Shown: positions 13,049 to 24,102, counted from the first letter of the whole stretch. The stretch is DNA of 45,404 bases, filler included, from Craspedostauros australis (GCA_030167865.1; 6 parts of 6 records of this genome joined end to end with filler, not necessarily neighbours in it), one strand, 5' to 3'. A program made the numbers and translations. Notes: generated by a model not told the origin, from the sequence alone.

Positions 13049-13220
13049 CAAGACACGGGAATTTCGCTGAAACTCGATGCCGTTTGCGTTCGACCACATG
13101 GACTAATCCCCCAATGCCCCAAACGAAATCTGGGTGGACTCAATGGACCACCATTGAATTTGTAGTTTAACGTATTTAACGCCTTTTGGTTTGAATACCG
13201 AACACCTCCCAACGAACACA

Positions 13221-13377
13221 AGTTCGATGAAAGTACCACCAGTTCGATGAAAGTACCATCACTTCGATGAAAGTACCACCAGTTCGATGAAAGTACCACC
13301 TGTTCGATGAAAGTACCACCAGTTCGATGAAAGTACCACCAGTTCGATGAAACTACGACCAGTTCGATGAAAGTACC
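13221..13377 (+). repeat. Left subterminal 20-bp tandem array x8 (AGTTCGATGAAAGTACCACC)
   Basis: Eight consecutive 20-bp units counted directly. Confidence 0.97.
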
Positions 13378-13819
13378 TTAGTCCGACAAAGGTCCTGCGA
13401 GTCCAATGAAAGCGGACACTCTGCAACGCGCGCCACAACGGTTCAAGAAACCAACTCGTGTCCAAACAGCCATTCTGTTGCAACAAGACCCAATGACAAA
13501 AACAAGAGCCCGAAACCCCGTGCCAATCTGTGTCACTCCGCATGACAGAGGAAGAACTCAGCAATCAGCCAACCAATTGGCACACCAACATTCACCAACA
13601 AGAGGAAGCAAAGGCAGCAGGGAATTTGGAGTGTTCCAGACAGAATTGCAGTGCAGCTGGAAAGAGCGTAGCCTGTGGCGTGGGATAATGGTGAACGTGT
13701 GATGATCGGCAGACGCGACGGGTGTGCGTTGTGTGTGCACTCTGACTGTCTCAGCAGACGCAGCGGGCAGGAGAATTTGCCGCCGCTCCGTCCGTCATCA
13801 GACCGTCGACCAACGCGAC

Positions 13820-14260
13820 TCAAAACGTCGAAATGTCCACGCGACATTCCATGGACACGGAGATTTCGCATCGACCTCCAAGGCTAGTGTATCAATGTAG
13901 ACCACCTGTATCACACGGGAAAAGTACAAGCCACATCATACATGTTTATCACAATTGTAGCATTGTGACATTAATAAGTTCCTATCAACACACATTATCT
14001 AATGAAGGGATAAATGCCTACTTCAGTTGTAGATATGTGCATCATCCATCTGTTTGCTCCAATTCTGTACATCGTGGATCGTATTCTGACCAAAGCTTCA
14101 TAGGAAAGGATAACAGATTAAACTTTAACAAGAATAGCGCATCCCAAGCATTCCAATGGGTATACTGCCAGCTAGCAAGTGTATTTATCCATCTGGAAGA
14201 GATGCTGATATCCAAATCTATGAACCTCGTCATACTCAGTGCTACGCTCGACGCTGCACA
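13820..14260 (+). repeat. Left arm of a diverged long internal inverted repeat
   Basis: 13856-13947 (cacggagatttcgcatcgacctccaagg...gtacaagccacatcatacatgttt) matches the reverse complement of 17131-17221. Similarity continues through atccatctggaaga at about 14190. Confidence 0.85.
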
Positions 14261-14436
14261 ATCTTCTGCATGTCTACGCATTCCTCAGGCCATTTTGTGA
14301 AATCCGACCGGCGGCACCACTCCAATCACACTCTAAAGAGTACGGCCATGGAGTTTGAAGTCCTTGATTTGCCTGGAAGGGATGTTGGCAAGTTCCGCAC
14401 ACGGATGGCCTTGGCATTGCTGACGATGGTGTTGGT

Positions 14437-15000
14437 TGTTACAATACTCTCGTTAGTTCATTACGTTGCTACTCCAATACTCTCGGTATCTCTTCGATGC
14501 TCTTGAAATCTCTTGTCTACCCAATGCTCTCAGTGGTTCGTCCATCCAACTATGAGTTGGCATGTGAGATGCTCTCTTGCTGTTACTCATATTCTCTCTC
14601 TATGTTGATATTGCGTGTTAGTACCACGCATGATAGCGTGTATTCGACGCAATTTTGATCTTCCTCCTTCTACTAGTCCACTACTTCACATGTAGTAGTC
14701 AGTGCCATGCATTCTCTGCACCTTGCACCTTTCACAATGGCCATGATACTTCAATCATAAGATTCCGAACCAGCTGTCAGTTCGAATGGCATGGACTTTG
14801 GAGTCAATGTCAGTCATCGTCATTCTATGGATGTGCTGATTCCATATTCCATTGATGATGCTGGAGGAGTATCAGGTTGGTGTCATTTGAGGTTTAGTTG
14901 GGAAACATACCGATCCAGTATCGATATCATAGGTTTCTGGATGAGTGGGCAGATCGAACATCTGATACTCTCAGATTTCCTGTCTCATGTCTGTCCGACA
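14437..15000. mobile_element. Possible solo LTR (564 bp)
   Basis: TGT...ACA ends with flanks TTGGT/TTGGG (4 of 5 match). It interrupts the modular foldback and has no counterpart in the other arm. Boundaries are tentative. Confidence 0.35.
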
Positions 15001-16089
15001 TTGGGCACAAAAGTGGCGTGCATAATTTTGGTTCGTGATTCACACAACCGTTGATGGCCAATGATGCAAATGTCAATGCTGCTCAGCGTGCGTGGGGTGA
15101 AAGAACAATGGGTGAGCGATGCACATACACATATACATCCCAACAACGGGATCTAATTCTACTGATGCTGATGTCCTGCAGTACTGAAACATACGCATCA
15201 TGCTGCTCAGCGTCCTGAGCAGATGTGCACAGAAAATGTCAATCATATTCAATGTAGCACCTTGGCAAGTCCAAACACACTCCATGGAGGGCAGTCATGG
15301 AGTTTGAAGCTGCACATCCGCTAGCAAGGCACATCAACATGCCCTCAGGTGAACCTCATGTCACAACGCTGCTGAGCGCTGCTTGATGTCAGCATCAGTA
15401 GAATTAGATCTCTTCCAAATGGACCAAGGACTTCGAACTCCACAGCCATAGCCATTGAAGTCTACTTGGAGTGTTCAGCAGTTGCATGTCTCAAGACAGC
15501 CGACCAAAGGCATAGATGTGTGGAATACTGCGCAAGGCAATGCCTACCGTAGAGATGCGTCCCAGGCAGTACTGCATGATAACAGCATCTTTAAGACTGG
15601 ATCCCATACAGATGAACCTTGCATTTCCACCACCATTTGTGTACTCTTCAGATTGCATGCGGAGTGACTGAAGTGTTTGTGTGGAGTATGATCGATGCTG
15701 TCTATGCACATATGCGCAGAACACTGTACAACGCGAGGCGTATCTTTCAGCACCACGTGATATGAGCATCCATGAAATTGGATCCCTTCCTGACGGATCT
15801 AGGGGCTTCCAACTCCATGCCCGTATTCTGTGATGTATGGTTGGAGTGGTTGTAGCGTTGGATCAGAATACGATGGACAGTTCCTATGCGCAAATATCCA
15901 AATCACTGCCCAGTGCGACACGTACTGTTTAGTACTGCGTGATATCAGCATCTGTAGAATTAGATCCCTTCCAAATGGAGCTAAGACTTCAAACTCCATG
16001 ACTGTACTCTTTGGAGCGTGTTTGAAGCTACGCAGTTGATCATATCTCTCAAAACAGCTTGCCAAATGCATAGATATGCATAATGCAGT

Positions 16090-16628
16090 GGCCCGACGCA
16101 TATGGAGAATAGCGTGGGAACAATGGCGGCTTCGAAACCATGACATGTTCAACGAAGCCGAGTCAGCCGAGCNNNNNNNNNNNNNNNNNNNNNNNNNNNN
16201 NNNNNNNNNNNNNNNNNNNNNNTGGAAGCCATGCGCGACAGGTCGGAAGACCTGGCAAGCATGCTCCAAGCCGACAATGCCGTCCATAAGCGTGTGCTGG
16301 CAGTACGTCCAGGATGCGAGTCCGACGCTGCAAGCGTGGCGCTGTGGATGGAGCAGGCGGCGAGACTGCTGCGAACCAACCTAGCCACAGGCCCTCTGCT
16401 CAAGTGGATGCAAGTCCACTCGAAGACGGGGTTCCAATTGCACCGCAGGACCGAGCCCAACAAGTGAGAACGAAATCGACACAAGCAAACAAGTGCTGAG
16501 CACCCATACTTCAGATTCCGTACCCCCTCCAGGTGTTCCACCTGGAGTTGAAAGGAGGCGGAGAAAAGCATCGCCGACGCAGTCGCAGCATAAGACCGAC
16601 TAATCTATGAGTTATTTATTTATTTATT
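16090..16628 (+). mobile_element. 5'-truncated LINE 3' end with (TATT)n tail and 15-bp TSD
   Basis: Direct repeat TATGCATAATGCAGT at 16075-16089 and 16629-16643. Coding remnant RRIWRIAWEQWRLRNH resembles LINE ORF C-termini. Tail ttatttatttatttatt at 16612-16628. Confidence 0.85.
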
Positions 16629-16644
16629 TATGCATAATGCAGTA

Positions 16645-17248
16645 CAGAGTCAAGCGTACCACACAGTATGCCGAGGTTCATAGATTTGGATACCAGGATT
16701 CCTTCCAGACGGATCCAGATACTTGGAAACCACCCCCATACCCATTGAAGCACTTTCACTATGACGAGGTTGGTAGAATTGCAGATGTTGGATCTTTCAT
16801 ATGAAGGTTTGGTCAAAACCCTGCATACTGCGCAGAGTCGCCGTGCGGTATCATGTGATTTGATTGCGTAGAATGTGCAACATCTTCTAGATGGATCCAG
16901 TCACTCGCAAGCTGGTAGTATACCCATTGGAATGATTTCAATGTTCTGATCTTGTTTAGATGGAATATGTTTATACTTTTCAATGAAGACTTGGTCAGAA
17001 TACGATCCACAACGCACAGAATTGGAGCAAACAGGTGAATGATGCACATATCTACAACTATAGTAGGCATTCATTCCTTTCATTAGATGATGTATGTTCA
17101 TATGTACTGGTTAATGTTGCCAGTATGACAAACATGTATGGTGTGGCTTGTACTTTCCCTGTGTGATACAGGTGGTCTACATTTATATTCTGGCCTTGGA
17201 GGTCGATGTGAAATCTCTGTGTTCATGAGATGTCACTCACACGTTTTG
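16645..17248 (-). repeat. Right arm of the diverged long internal inverted repeat
   Basis: Reverse complement of 13820-14260. The short ORFs mirror each other (NAY[FY]SCRYVHH; FQWVY.QLAS..IHLE; SKSMNL.IL). Confidence 0.85.
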
Positions 17249-17418
17249 TGCAACTGAGTGCTGTGAAAATCGACTGGTTGGTGGAATTCGGGACTCCAAA
17301 AGGGCTGGTTCGTGGATTTCCTCGTGAACCAACAGAATAACACGACTCACAGCTTCGCACAACATTGGTTGGTGGCGTTTCGACGAAAGTACGCACGCGC
17401 CAATGCTGGTCGCAACCA

Positions 17419-17634
17419 TTCGATGAAAGTAACACAGGTTCGATGAAACTAATGTCACTTCGATGAAAGTAACACCACTTCGATGAAAGTAATGTCACTT
17501 CGATGAAAGTAACACCACTTCGATGAAAGTAACACCACTTCGATGAAAGTAACAGGACTTCGATGAAAGTAACACCACTTCGATGAAAGTAACACCACTT
17601 CGATGAAAGTAACAGGACTTCGATGAAAGTAACA
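17419..17634 (+). repeat. Right subterminal 20-bp tandem array x11 (TTCGATGAAAGTAACACCAC)
   Basis: Units start every 20 bp from 17419 to 17619, plus a degenerate copy at 17379. Same core as the left array. Confidence 0.97.
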
Positions 17635-17798
17635 ATACTACTGTTAACGTCTATAACGTCTAATTAACGTCGTGACACACGGGCTCGGTCTCCCCGTCCG
17701 ACTCATTGGGGTTTTGACGTGGTTGTGAACGGGACCGGACTGATTGGAGTCTTGCGCTTGTGGTCTCCGCGAACTTTCGGCGAAATTCCCGTGTCTTG

Positions 17799-18272
17799 CA
17801 GCATTGTGCGCCTCCGTCACATACCGCGTATGATTGCGGAGAGAAGGTCGCCAGGTTGATCAGCTGTTCGGGTACTGATTGGCATTGTTTGGATTCTGGC
17901 GGGTCGACGGGGCTTGTGGCGTCAGATGAATCACTCATCGTGATCATCTTCACGAGCCGGTCGTTGCCGTTCTCCTCGTGTCCTCCATAATCGACCAGGA
18001 ACTTGGCAAGCTCCGAAGCGTCAATCGAGGATAGATCCGAGCCATTCTCGTCCTGGGAATTGGATCCTTCGGTGGATCCTGTGGTGTACCTGGCCAGGTT
18101 CGCGTGGGTGACACCTCCATACTGCTTGTGTGGCTTGGTTTCCTCCCCTTTCTCTGGGGGCTTCACGCTGGCAGGTGGTTGGGGTTCTTCCTGCTCCTTC
18201 TTGCTCTCGACGCGGGTGAATCCGGATCCGTTCCGGTCATTGTTGCGGCGGGCCCAGCGGAGGGAGCTGCGG
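17799..18272 (-). pseudogene. Copia gag C-terminus / protease N-half, continuation of 11275-13048
   Basis: ...SPQSYAVCDGGAQC ends exactly at the TIR junction. Confidence 0.85.
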
Positions 18273-18372
18273 NNNNNNNNNNNNNNNNNNNNNNNNNNNN
18301 NNNNNNNNNNNNNNNNTTAATTAATTAANNNNNNNNNNNNNNNNNNNNNNNNNNNNNNNNNNNNNNNNNNNN
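18273..18372. other. Artificial scaffold linker
   Basis: TTAATTAATTAA at 18317-18328. Confidence 0.98.
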
Positions 18373-19410
18373 CTGAACCTGTGAGTTGTCCGAGATGAGT
18401 AGATCCGGTGCCCCGACCTGCACAATGAATTCCGTCAGCGCCCCTGGCGCCATCGCCTCTCTGCGGAGCGGTTTGGCCCAGATGAACTTGGATTCGCTGT
18501 GAGTGAAGAGTTGGATGCACTTGTATTGTCGGATAGATGGGACCGTGGAGAAAAATGGATCCGTGTCCACCCTTCCCTTGATTCGGTGTGGTTGCAGCGC
18601 ACCTGCTCGCTGTGCTCGATACTGCCTCGGGATGAGTCTTGACTCGGCCTCGATGGGTGTGTCGGCCAGCTGGGTGGATGCTTCCTTGGTCTTCGCCACC
18701 ACTTGTGGTGGGAGATGCTGGAATACTTTGTCGAAGTCGACATGTGTGTGTGATTGCCTGAGGCGTCGGTGCCTGTCGCATATCGTGATGTGCGCGGCTT
18801 GGGTGAGCTCGTGAGCTGTTGGTTTGCGGACTGGGATGCGTAGGGTATTGCCGTCATGGTTCGCCAGCGGGATGCTGACGTCTCCAGACGATATCCGTTG
18901 CTGCCCATCGTGTTGTCGAAGTCTGTCGTAGACGCGAACCCCGGAAGCGCGCATGTGATGCGTGTTGAATAGCGACTCCATCTGCCGTGGATGCTTATCG
19001 AGAGCCACAAAGAATGCCTTGATGAGAATCACTCCGCCTTGCGGTGAATCGTATGCAGTCACTGCGTCAACCATTGCAAACGCTTCGACCGGTGAATCCA
19101 CGGTCGCGCCGCGAGCGTGGAACTTCTGCGTATGCTGTCGGGTCACTTCCCATCCAGACTCGTGTACAATGTCGCCGTCCGCCCCTGAGTCTAGAATGAT
19201 ATAGCCGTGGCTACTATTCGTTACTCTTGCCCGTCGAATCGTGTGCTCTGTATTAGGGTGGGTTGTGCTGTGACGCGACACCTGTAGCGTATCCGGGGCC
19301 CTGGCCGCCGGCTTACTCTCCGCAGTATCATTCTCCAGCTCGGTGGTCTCCCGATCCTTGATACGAATGCTGACTTCCGATTGACGGCGTGTGACGGCCG
19401 CCGGTGGTTG
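18373..19410 (-). CDS. pol: Copia pol (protease plus integrase N-half), in frame with gag after a single TGA
   Basis: Open from the codon after the gag stop (QPPAAVTRRQSEV...). PR IILDSGADGD; INT GRVDTDPFFS and LISDNSQ. Confidence 0.88.
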
Positions 19411-20790
19411 TCAGGTACTGTTGTCGCACGGTCCGTACTTCTTGACACGATCGGTCTTGTTGCCGAATCTCGCGCGCTTGGTAGGCTTGCGCTGAGCTTG
19501 TTGCTCTTGGGTTTTGGCGAACTCGGCAGGCTTGGCGCGTTTGAGTGCAGCCTCGCCCATGAGCTCTCCGGTGCTGCGGAAGTGGCGTGAAGACTCCACC
19601 ACGAGCACTTGTGCTGCGGATGGAAGACTCCGGAACACCACGTCCGGCAGACGGTAATGGGAGGACTTCTTGCGGTCACCGGATGCCTTGTCGAATGATT
19701 GCTTGCGGTCAGGACGACTGTCCTTCTGGTGCATGCGGCGGCTGCGTCCTGGAGACTTGTCGAGGTCGGCGTTGGCGAGGATCTTGTCATGGCGCATGAG
19801 CGTCTCGCGGACCCAGGAGAAGGACTCCTTCATCTGCTGTAGGCTTGTGATCACGCTGGCAAATCGCTCGTCGCGGATGTTACGGAAGAATCTTGCGATC
19901 TTCTCTTGGTCGTTCATGGGCTTGCCGTTGTCCTCGATTGCGTGGAGGGACATCGAGAAGTCATTTACGAAAGTCCCAAATGCACCGTTGCCATCGTAGA
20001 TGAGCTTGGAGAGTCTTGCCTCCTCCTCTGCCACGATGCCGGCCTGGTTCTCGGCAGACTCGTAAATGCGAATGAGAGATCGGAAAGCGGCGTAACCGCT
20101 GGGTTCTTCTGCTGTGACAATGTACTGCGCGTCTCCCTTGCAGGTTTTGGACCTGAGGACTGCGTAGAACTGAGCGTCCACTGATGCGCGATAGTGCGCT
20201 GGCTTCTCATCCAGCATGTAGTCTGCGAACTTGGATGTGACCAGCTGTCGCATGAAGTCCGTCTTCCATTGGTACCACTCGATGTTGAGACCGCTGAATG
20301 TCTCAGCTTCCGGCATGGTGATCTTATTGTATTTCCATCCGGTTGGCGTCGATGGTGATCGATTGAGATCCTGGTTGCGTTGTGGCGAGTGCACCACGAC
20401 CTCACGGCTTGCAGCCTCAGTGAGCTCGCGGCTTGCTGCCTTCATGTCTGCCTCCAATTGGAGCTGGATGGCTTTGAGTGCGACAGGAGTCTCAATGATA
20501 GGCACTGTGTATCCAGAGGACTTGATGTACTCGTCGATGGCGTCCCAATCAGTCGCCTGATCGATTTGTCGCTCTTTTGCGAAAGCGAAGATGCGAAGGA
20601 TGTTTTCGATGTTGATCGCGGTGAGGGTTGTTGAGAGGGACAAGGCCTGAATGATGTTCTGATCCGGACTCTGGATGGCACGTTCAATCCTGCCAAGCTT
20701 CTTGCGGATGAACTCCATGTCAGCGTCTTCGAGCTCAACGAGCTCCTTGATGACGGTCGTCCAGGTACGGTTGTTGATTGGTCTCGCCAT
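19411..20790 (-). CDS. gag: Copia gag
   Basis: MARPINN start. FSG..IEWYQWK, FYAVLRSKTCKGDA...SGYAAF and Y.G...F..FV motifs resemble Copia capsid regions. Lies directly upstream of PR-INT. Confidence 0.85.
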   Translation of the reverse strand: MARPINNRTWTTVIKELVELEDADMEFIRKKLGRIERAIQSPDQNIIQALSLSTTLTAINIENILRIFAFAKERQIDQATDWDAIDEYIKSSGYTVPIIETPVALKAIQLQLEADMKAASRELTEAASREVVVHSPQRNQDLNRSPSTPTGWKYNKITMPEAETFSGLNIEWYQWKTDFMRQLVTSKFADYMLDEKPAHYRASVDAQFYAVLRSKTCKGDAQYIVTAEEPSGYAAFRSLIRIYESAENQAGIVAEEEARLSKLIYDGNGAFGTFVNDFSMSLHAIEDNGKPMNDQEKIARFFRNIRDERFASVITSLQQMKESFSWVRETLMRHDKILANADLDKSPGRSRRMHQKDSRPDRKQSFDKASGDRKKSSHYRLPDVVFRSLPSAAQVLVVESSRHFRSTGELMGEAALKRAKPAEFAKTQEQQAQRKPTKRARFGNKTDRVKKYGPCDNST

Positions 20791-21954
20791 GGTGGTTGGT
20801 GTTGTAACGTGATAAGCTTGGTGGTAGATCACGACTCTTAATCTGTCAAAGTGCACAAGTAACTACTGTAGACGTATTGGCCCGTTGTTGCGTGCCCTGG
20901 TCGGAGCTCTTGTTCTTTATTTGTGAGTTGTCCGAAGACAAACCCCCGACCAGTATTTGTGACTAATATGATTAGTAGAGAGGTAAGAAGGTACAGAGAA
21001 AGTTGTCAGCATTCATGAATGAGCCATGTTGTATCGATGGCGTCGAGTCTGTCTATTGGCAACAAACGACATTCATCACTAAATGGTGGGCATGCAAAGC
21101 GCAGCCATCAGACAAGGCACAAGAACACAAACGTGCACGGCGGAGGGAGGAACAGGCTGCGCAAATCAACATAAACGCACGCACCACAACAAACAACGAA
21201 GATCACAACAATGACGATGCTGAAAAGGTAGTCGACATGCCTCCACAAATATCTCAGCTGCACATCAGGCGACACATTGGCTGCCACCATCATGGAACCC
21301 TCCACTGAGGAAGTAGCATGCAAAGGTGGCNGGGCCCAGGATCTTCTTCTCGTTTGTTTGGAGGCACGGATCCAAGCTTTGCGTATTGCNAAGGTCGCGA
21401 GCGGATGCCAAACTTCATCATGCTGTCGTCGACGTCTGCGCCGATTATTCATCATGAAGTTGATTCGACAATATTTACGATGAGTCGCTGCTTGCGCTCG
21501 CAGTGAGTACCAGCGTAGTGTCGGAAGCAAGGCGAGAAGAGCGTACCTCTCTTGAATGCTATGGGCGGCGCCACCGCAATATCTGTTATGCGCAGAAGTG
21601 ATCTAGATATGGATGTGAATGTGGATACAACCGACTNNNNNNNNNNNNNNNNNNNNNNNGTAGTATGGCGTGAAGACGCTCGCGATTCGTGCCTGTTCCT
21701 GTTCCAGAAGTGCGCAGATGGAGAATGGAGTGTTGTAGAGAGATCTGGCGACGACCATGTCGCACGACGAGTTCACGAGTATGGAGCTGCGAGTATAGTG
21801 CGAATATAGTATGGTGCGATTATAGTATGGATATGATACGAGAAGGGAGCGACTACGACGTGAGTAGAGAACACCACCAGAGTATATCCACGGAGAACGT
21901 TTAGAAGCAGAATGCGATAGTAGAATGGTACATTCCTTGTTTCTGGACATTATT

Positions 21955-23993
21955 CTATTCTGCGGAGGACTCGGTGTTCTTCTCGCCACTTCTCAGAAAC
22001 GATTTGAAGAAGGAGGCTTGGATTGACACCCTCTGCTCCCAATCATACTTCATCACCCTTTCCATCAACCATTCATACAAAGCATANNNNNNNNNNNNNN
22101 NNNNNNNNNNNNNNNNNNNNNNNNNNNNNNNNNNNGCAGCTTTTCGGACCTTTTCAGATAGCTGTGGTGTCTTCTTCTTCTTTGTGGGCGACATCATCCT
22201 GATTTTTTGTTCGGATGCCCACAATGGTTTGGATTCCGAAGAGGACGACGCATTGGGGTGTGTCACGGTTGATTTGGCAGGTGGCTTCGATGACAATTTC
22301 ACAGTTGGCGATGCTGATCCAGATGATGCCGCCGATGATGACNNNNNNNNNNNNNNNNNNNNNNNNNNNNNNNNNNNNNNNNNNNNNNNNNNTTGGATTG
22401 ACACCCTCTGCTCCCAATCATACTTCATCACCCTTTCCATCAACCATTCATACAAAGCATATGAGGTGATCCTGTCGGTTCTGTCTTTGCTTTCTTCGGT
22501 TGCCTCGCACGCAGCTTTTCGGACCTTTTCAGATAGCTGTGGTGTCTTCTTCTTCTTTGTGGGCGACATCATCCTGATTTTTTGTTCGGATGCCCACAAT
22601 GGTTTGGATTCCGAAGAGGACGACGCATTGGGNTGTGTCACGGTTGATTTGGCAGGTGGCTTCGATGACAATTTCACAGTTGGCGATGCTGATCCAGATG
22701 ATGCCGCCGATGATGACACCAATGATGACGATGAATTTGCAGTTGCTTTCCTGGATGCTGTCTTCGTGGATGCTTTCATACTCGCCTTTTTGGTGTACGT
22801 GATTGCCCAACCCGATTCGACAAAGTCAGGAGCCTCGGCCTTCTGCTCAACTGTGATGGTGTTGGCTTCGTCGCCAGGGCGTGGCTGTGAGATGAAATCG
22901 AAGACCCAATTTGTGACGAGATCGCGGAGAACGGCACTTTTTGGAGTATCAGGCTTGCCGCGAGCGCGTGACGTGCGTGTTGTGTATGTTGGCGGAGACT
23001 TGGCTTCGCCTGGCGTCTTCACAAAGGCAGGCTCGATCTCTTTGATTTCGTCGCTTTCGAAGTGTATTTGCAGATCTTGGATGTCGTAGCTGTCCAGCTT
23101 TTCTTGATCGATGATCTCTGGCTCGGTGATACCAGAGGATGCTGTGAGTACAGCACTGTCGTCACGAAAGTCCACCTGATGCACACCTCGACAGGGAATC
23201 TCTTCTGTTCGAAATGGCTTGTTTTCGAGTCCATCGGATTGCATGACGNNNNNNNNNNNNNNNNNNNNNNNNNNNNNNNNNNNNNNNNNNNNNNNNNNNN
23301 NNNNNNNNNNNNNNNNNNNNNNNNNNNNNNNNNNNNNNNNNNNNNNNNNNNNNNNNNNNNNNNNNNNNNNNNNNNNNNNNNNNNNNNNNNNNNNNNNNNN
23401 NNNNNNNNNNNNNNNNNNNNNNNTGCGCCCTTTGTGCGGTTGATGGCTCGTCTCAGAACGTTGCCCACAATACCAAAGTGGCCATCCACTGGACTCTTGC
23501 CGGTCTGGGCTTGTGTGAACAGCCACTGCGTGATTTTGGGTAAGTTTGATGGTGGCGTTGATCCGTGATTCTTGGTGGCTAGTTCCTCACTTTTTCGCTT
23601 CGCGAACAAAAACGCGTTGGATTTGATGCGTCTGTGTTTTGCTCTCTGCGCCATTCTCTTTGCTCGCGCTTTCTGTTCCGGAGTTTTCGCGACAGACTTC
23701 CTTCCCACAGCCCTCTTCACCTTNCNTNCACATTTGGCCTTGATTGGGCNTTTNGTNCTCTTTTTGACCTTGGTNATGNTGCCAACAGTTGTCCTCNTGG
23801 TTGCCTNGGTACCGCAAGCTGTACTTNCAGATGTGGNTATTGCGGTAGCAGCAGTGTCATCAGCTGTACTTGTAGATGTGGTAGTTGTGACAGCGTCGAT
23901 GCTATTGACAGCGATTGTCGTGCTGCTTTCGGTTTTGGACTTGGATTTGAGCTTGATAGCAGCAATGGGATGCTTCTTATCATACCCCTTCAT
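21955..23993 (-). pseudogene. Possible DDE transposase C-terminal remnant (Sola-like motif) with low-complexity S/T/K tracts
   Basis: WLFTQAQTGKSPVDGHF resembles the F.E.(H/Q)GK...D motif near the last catalytic residue of Sola2/Sola3-type transposases. Gapped, many ambiguous bases, and one segment duplicated across a gap. Confidence 0.35.
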
Positions 23994-24002
23994 GTCGAAT
24001 GC

Positions 24003-24102
24003 NNNNNNNNNNNNNNNNNNNNNNNNNNNNNNNNNNNNNNNNNNNNTTAATTAATTAANNNNNNNNNNNNNNNNNNNNNNNNNNNNNNNNNNNNNNNNNN
24101 NN
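24003..24102. other. Artificial scaffold linker
   Basis: TTAATTAATTAA at 24047-24058. Confidence 0.98.

Larger units (their letters stand above)
13049..17798. mobile_element. Non-autonomous TIR DNA element (4750 bp) inserted in a Copia protease
   Basis: Perfect 19-bp TIRs CAAGACACGGGAATTTCGC (13049-13067) and GCGAAATTCCCGTGTCTTG (17780-17798). Flanking duplication CAG (13046-13048, 17799-17801). Removing it restores YAVCDGGAQCCVIG. Confidence 0.92.

Noticed and set aside
13049..13299. N-terminal extension of the 690-aa ORF
   Set aside because: It is a chance open frame through the inserted element's left end. The true upstream sequence is at 17799-18272.
13856..17221. Separate nested CAC...GTG transposon
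   Set aside because: Inverted similarity continues outward past the CAC/GTG and no TSD flanks it.
17419..17634. 20-bp arrays (also 13221-13377) as a CRISPR array
   Set aside because: The variable part is only about 6 bp and is reused, there are no unique spacers or cas genes, and the context is a eukaryotic TE.
21003..21950. Short ORFs as a host gene
   Set aside because: They are fragmented with frequent stops and no recognisable motif.
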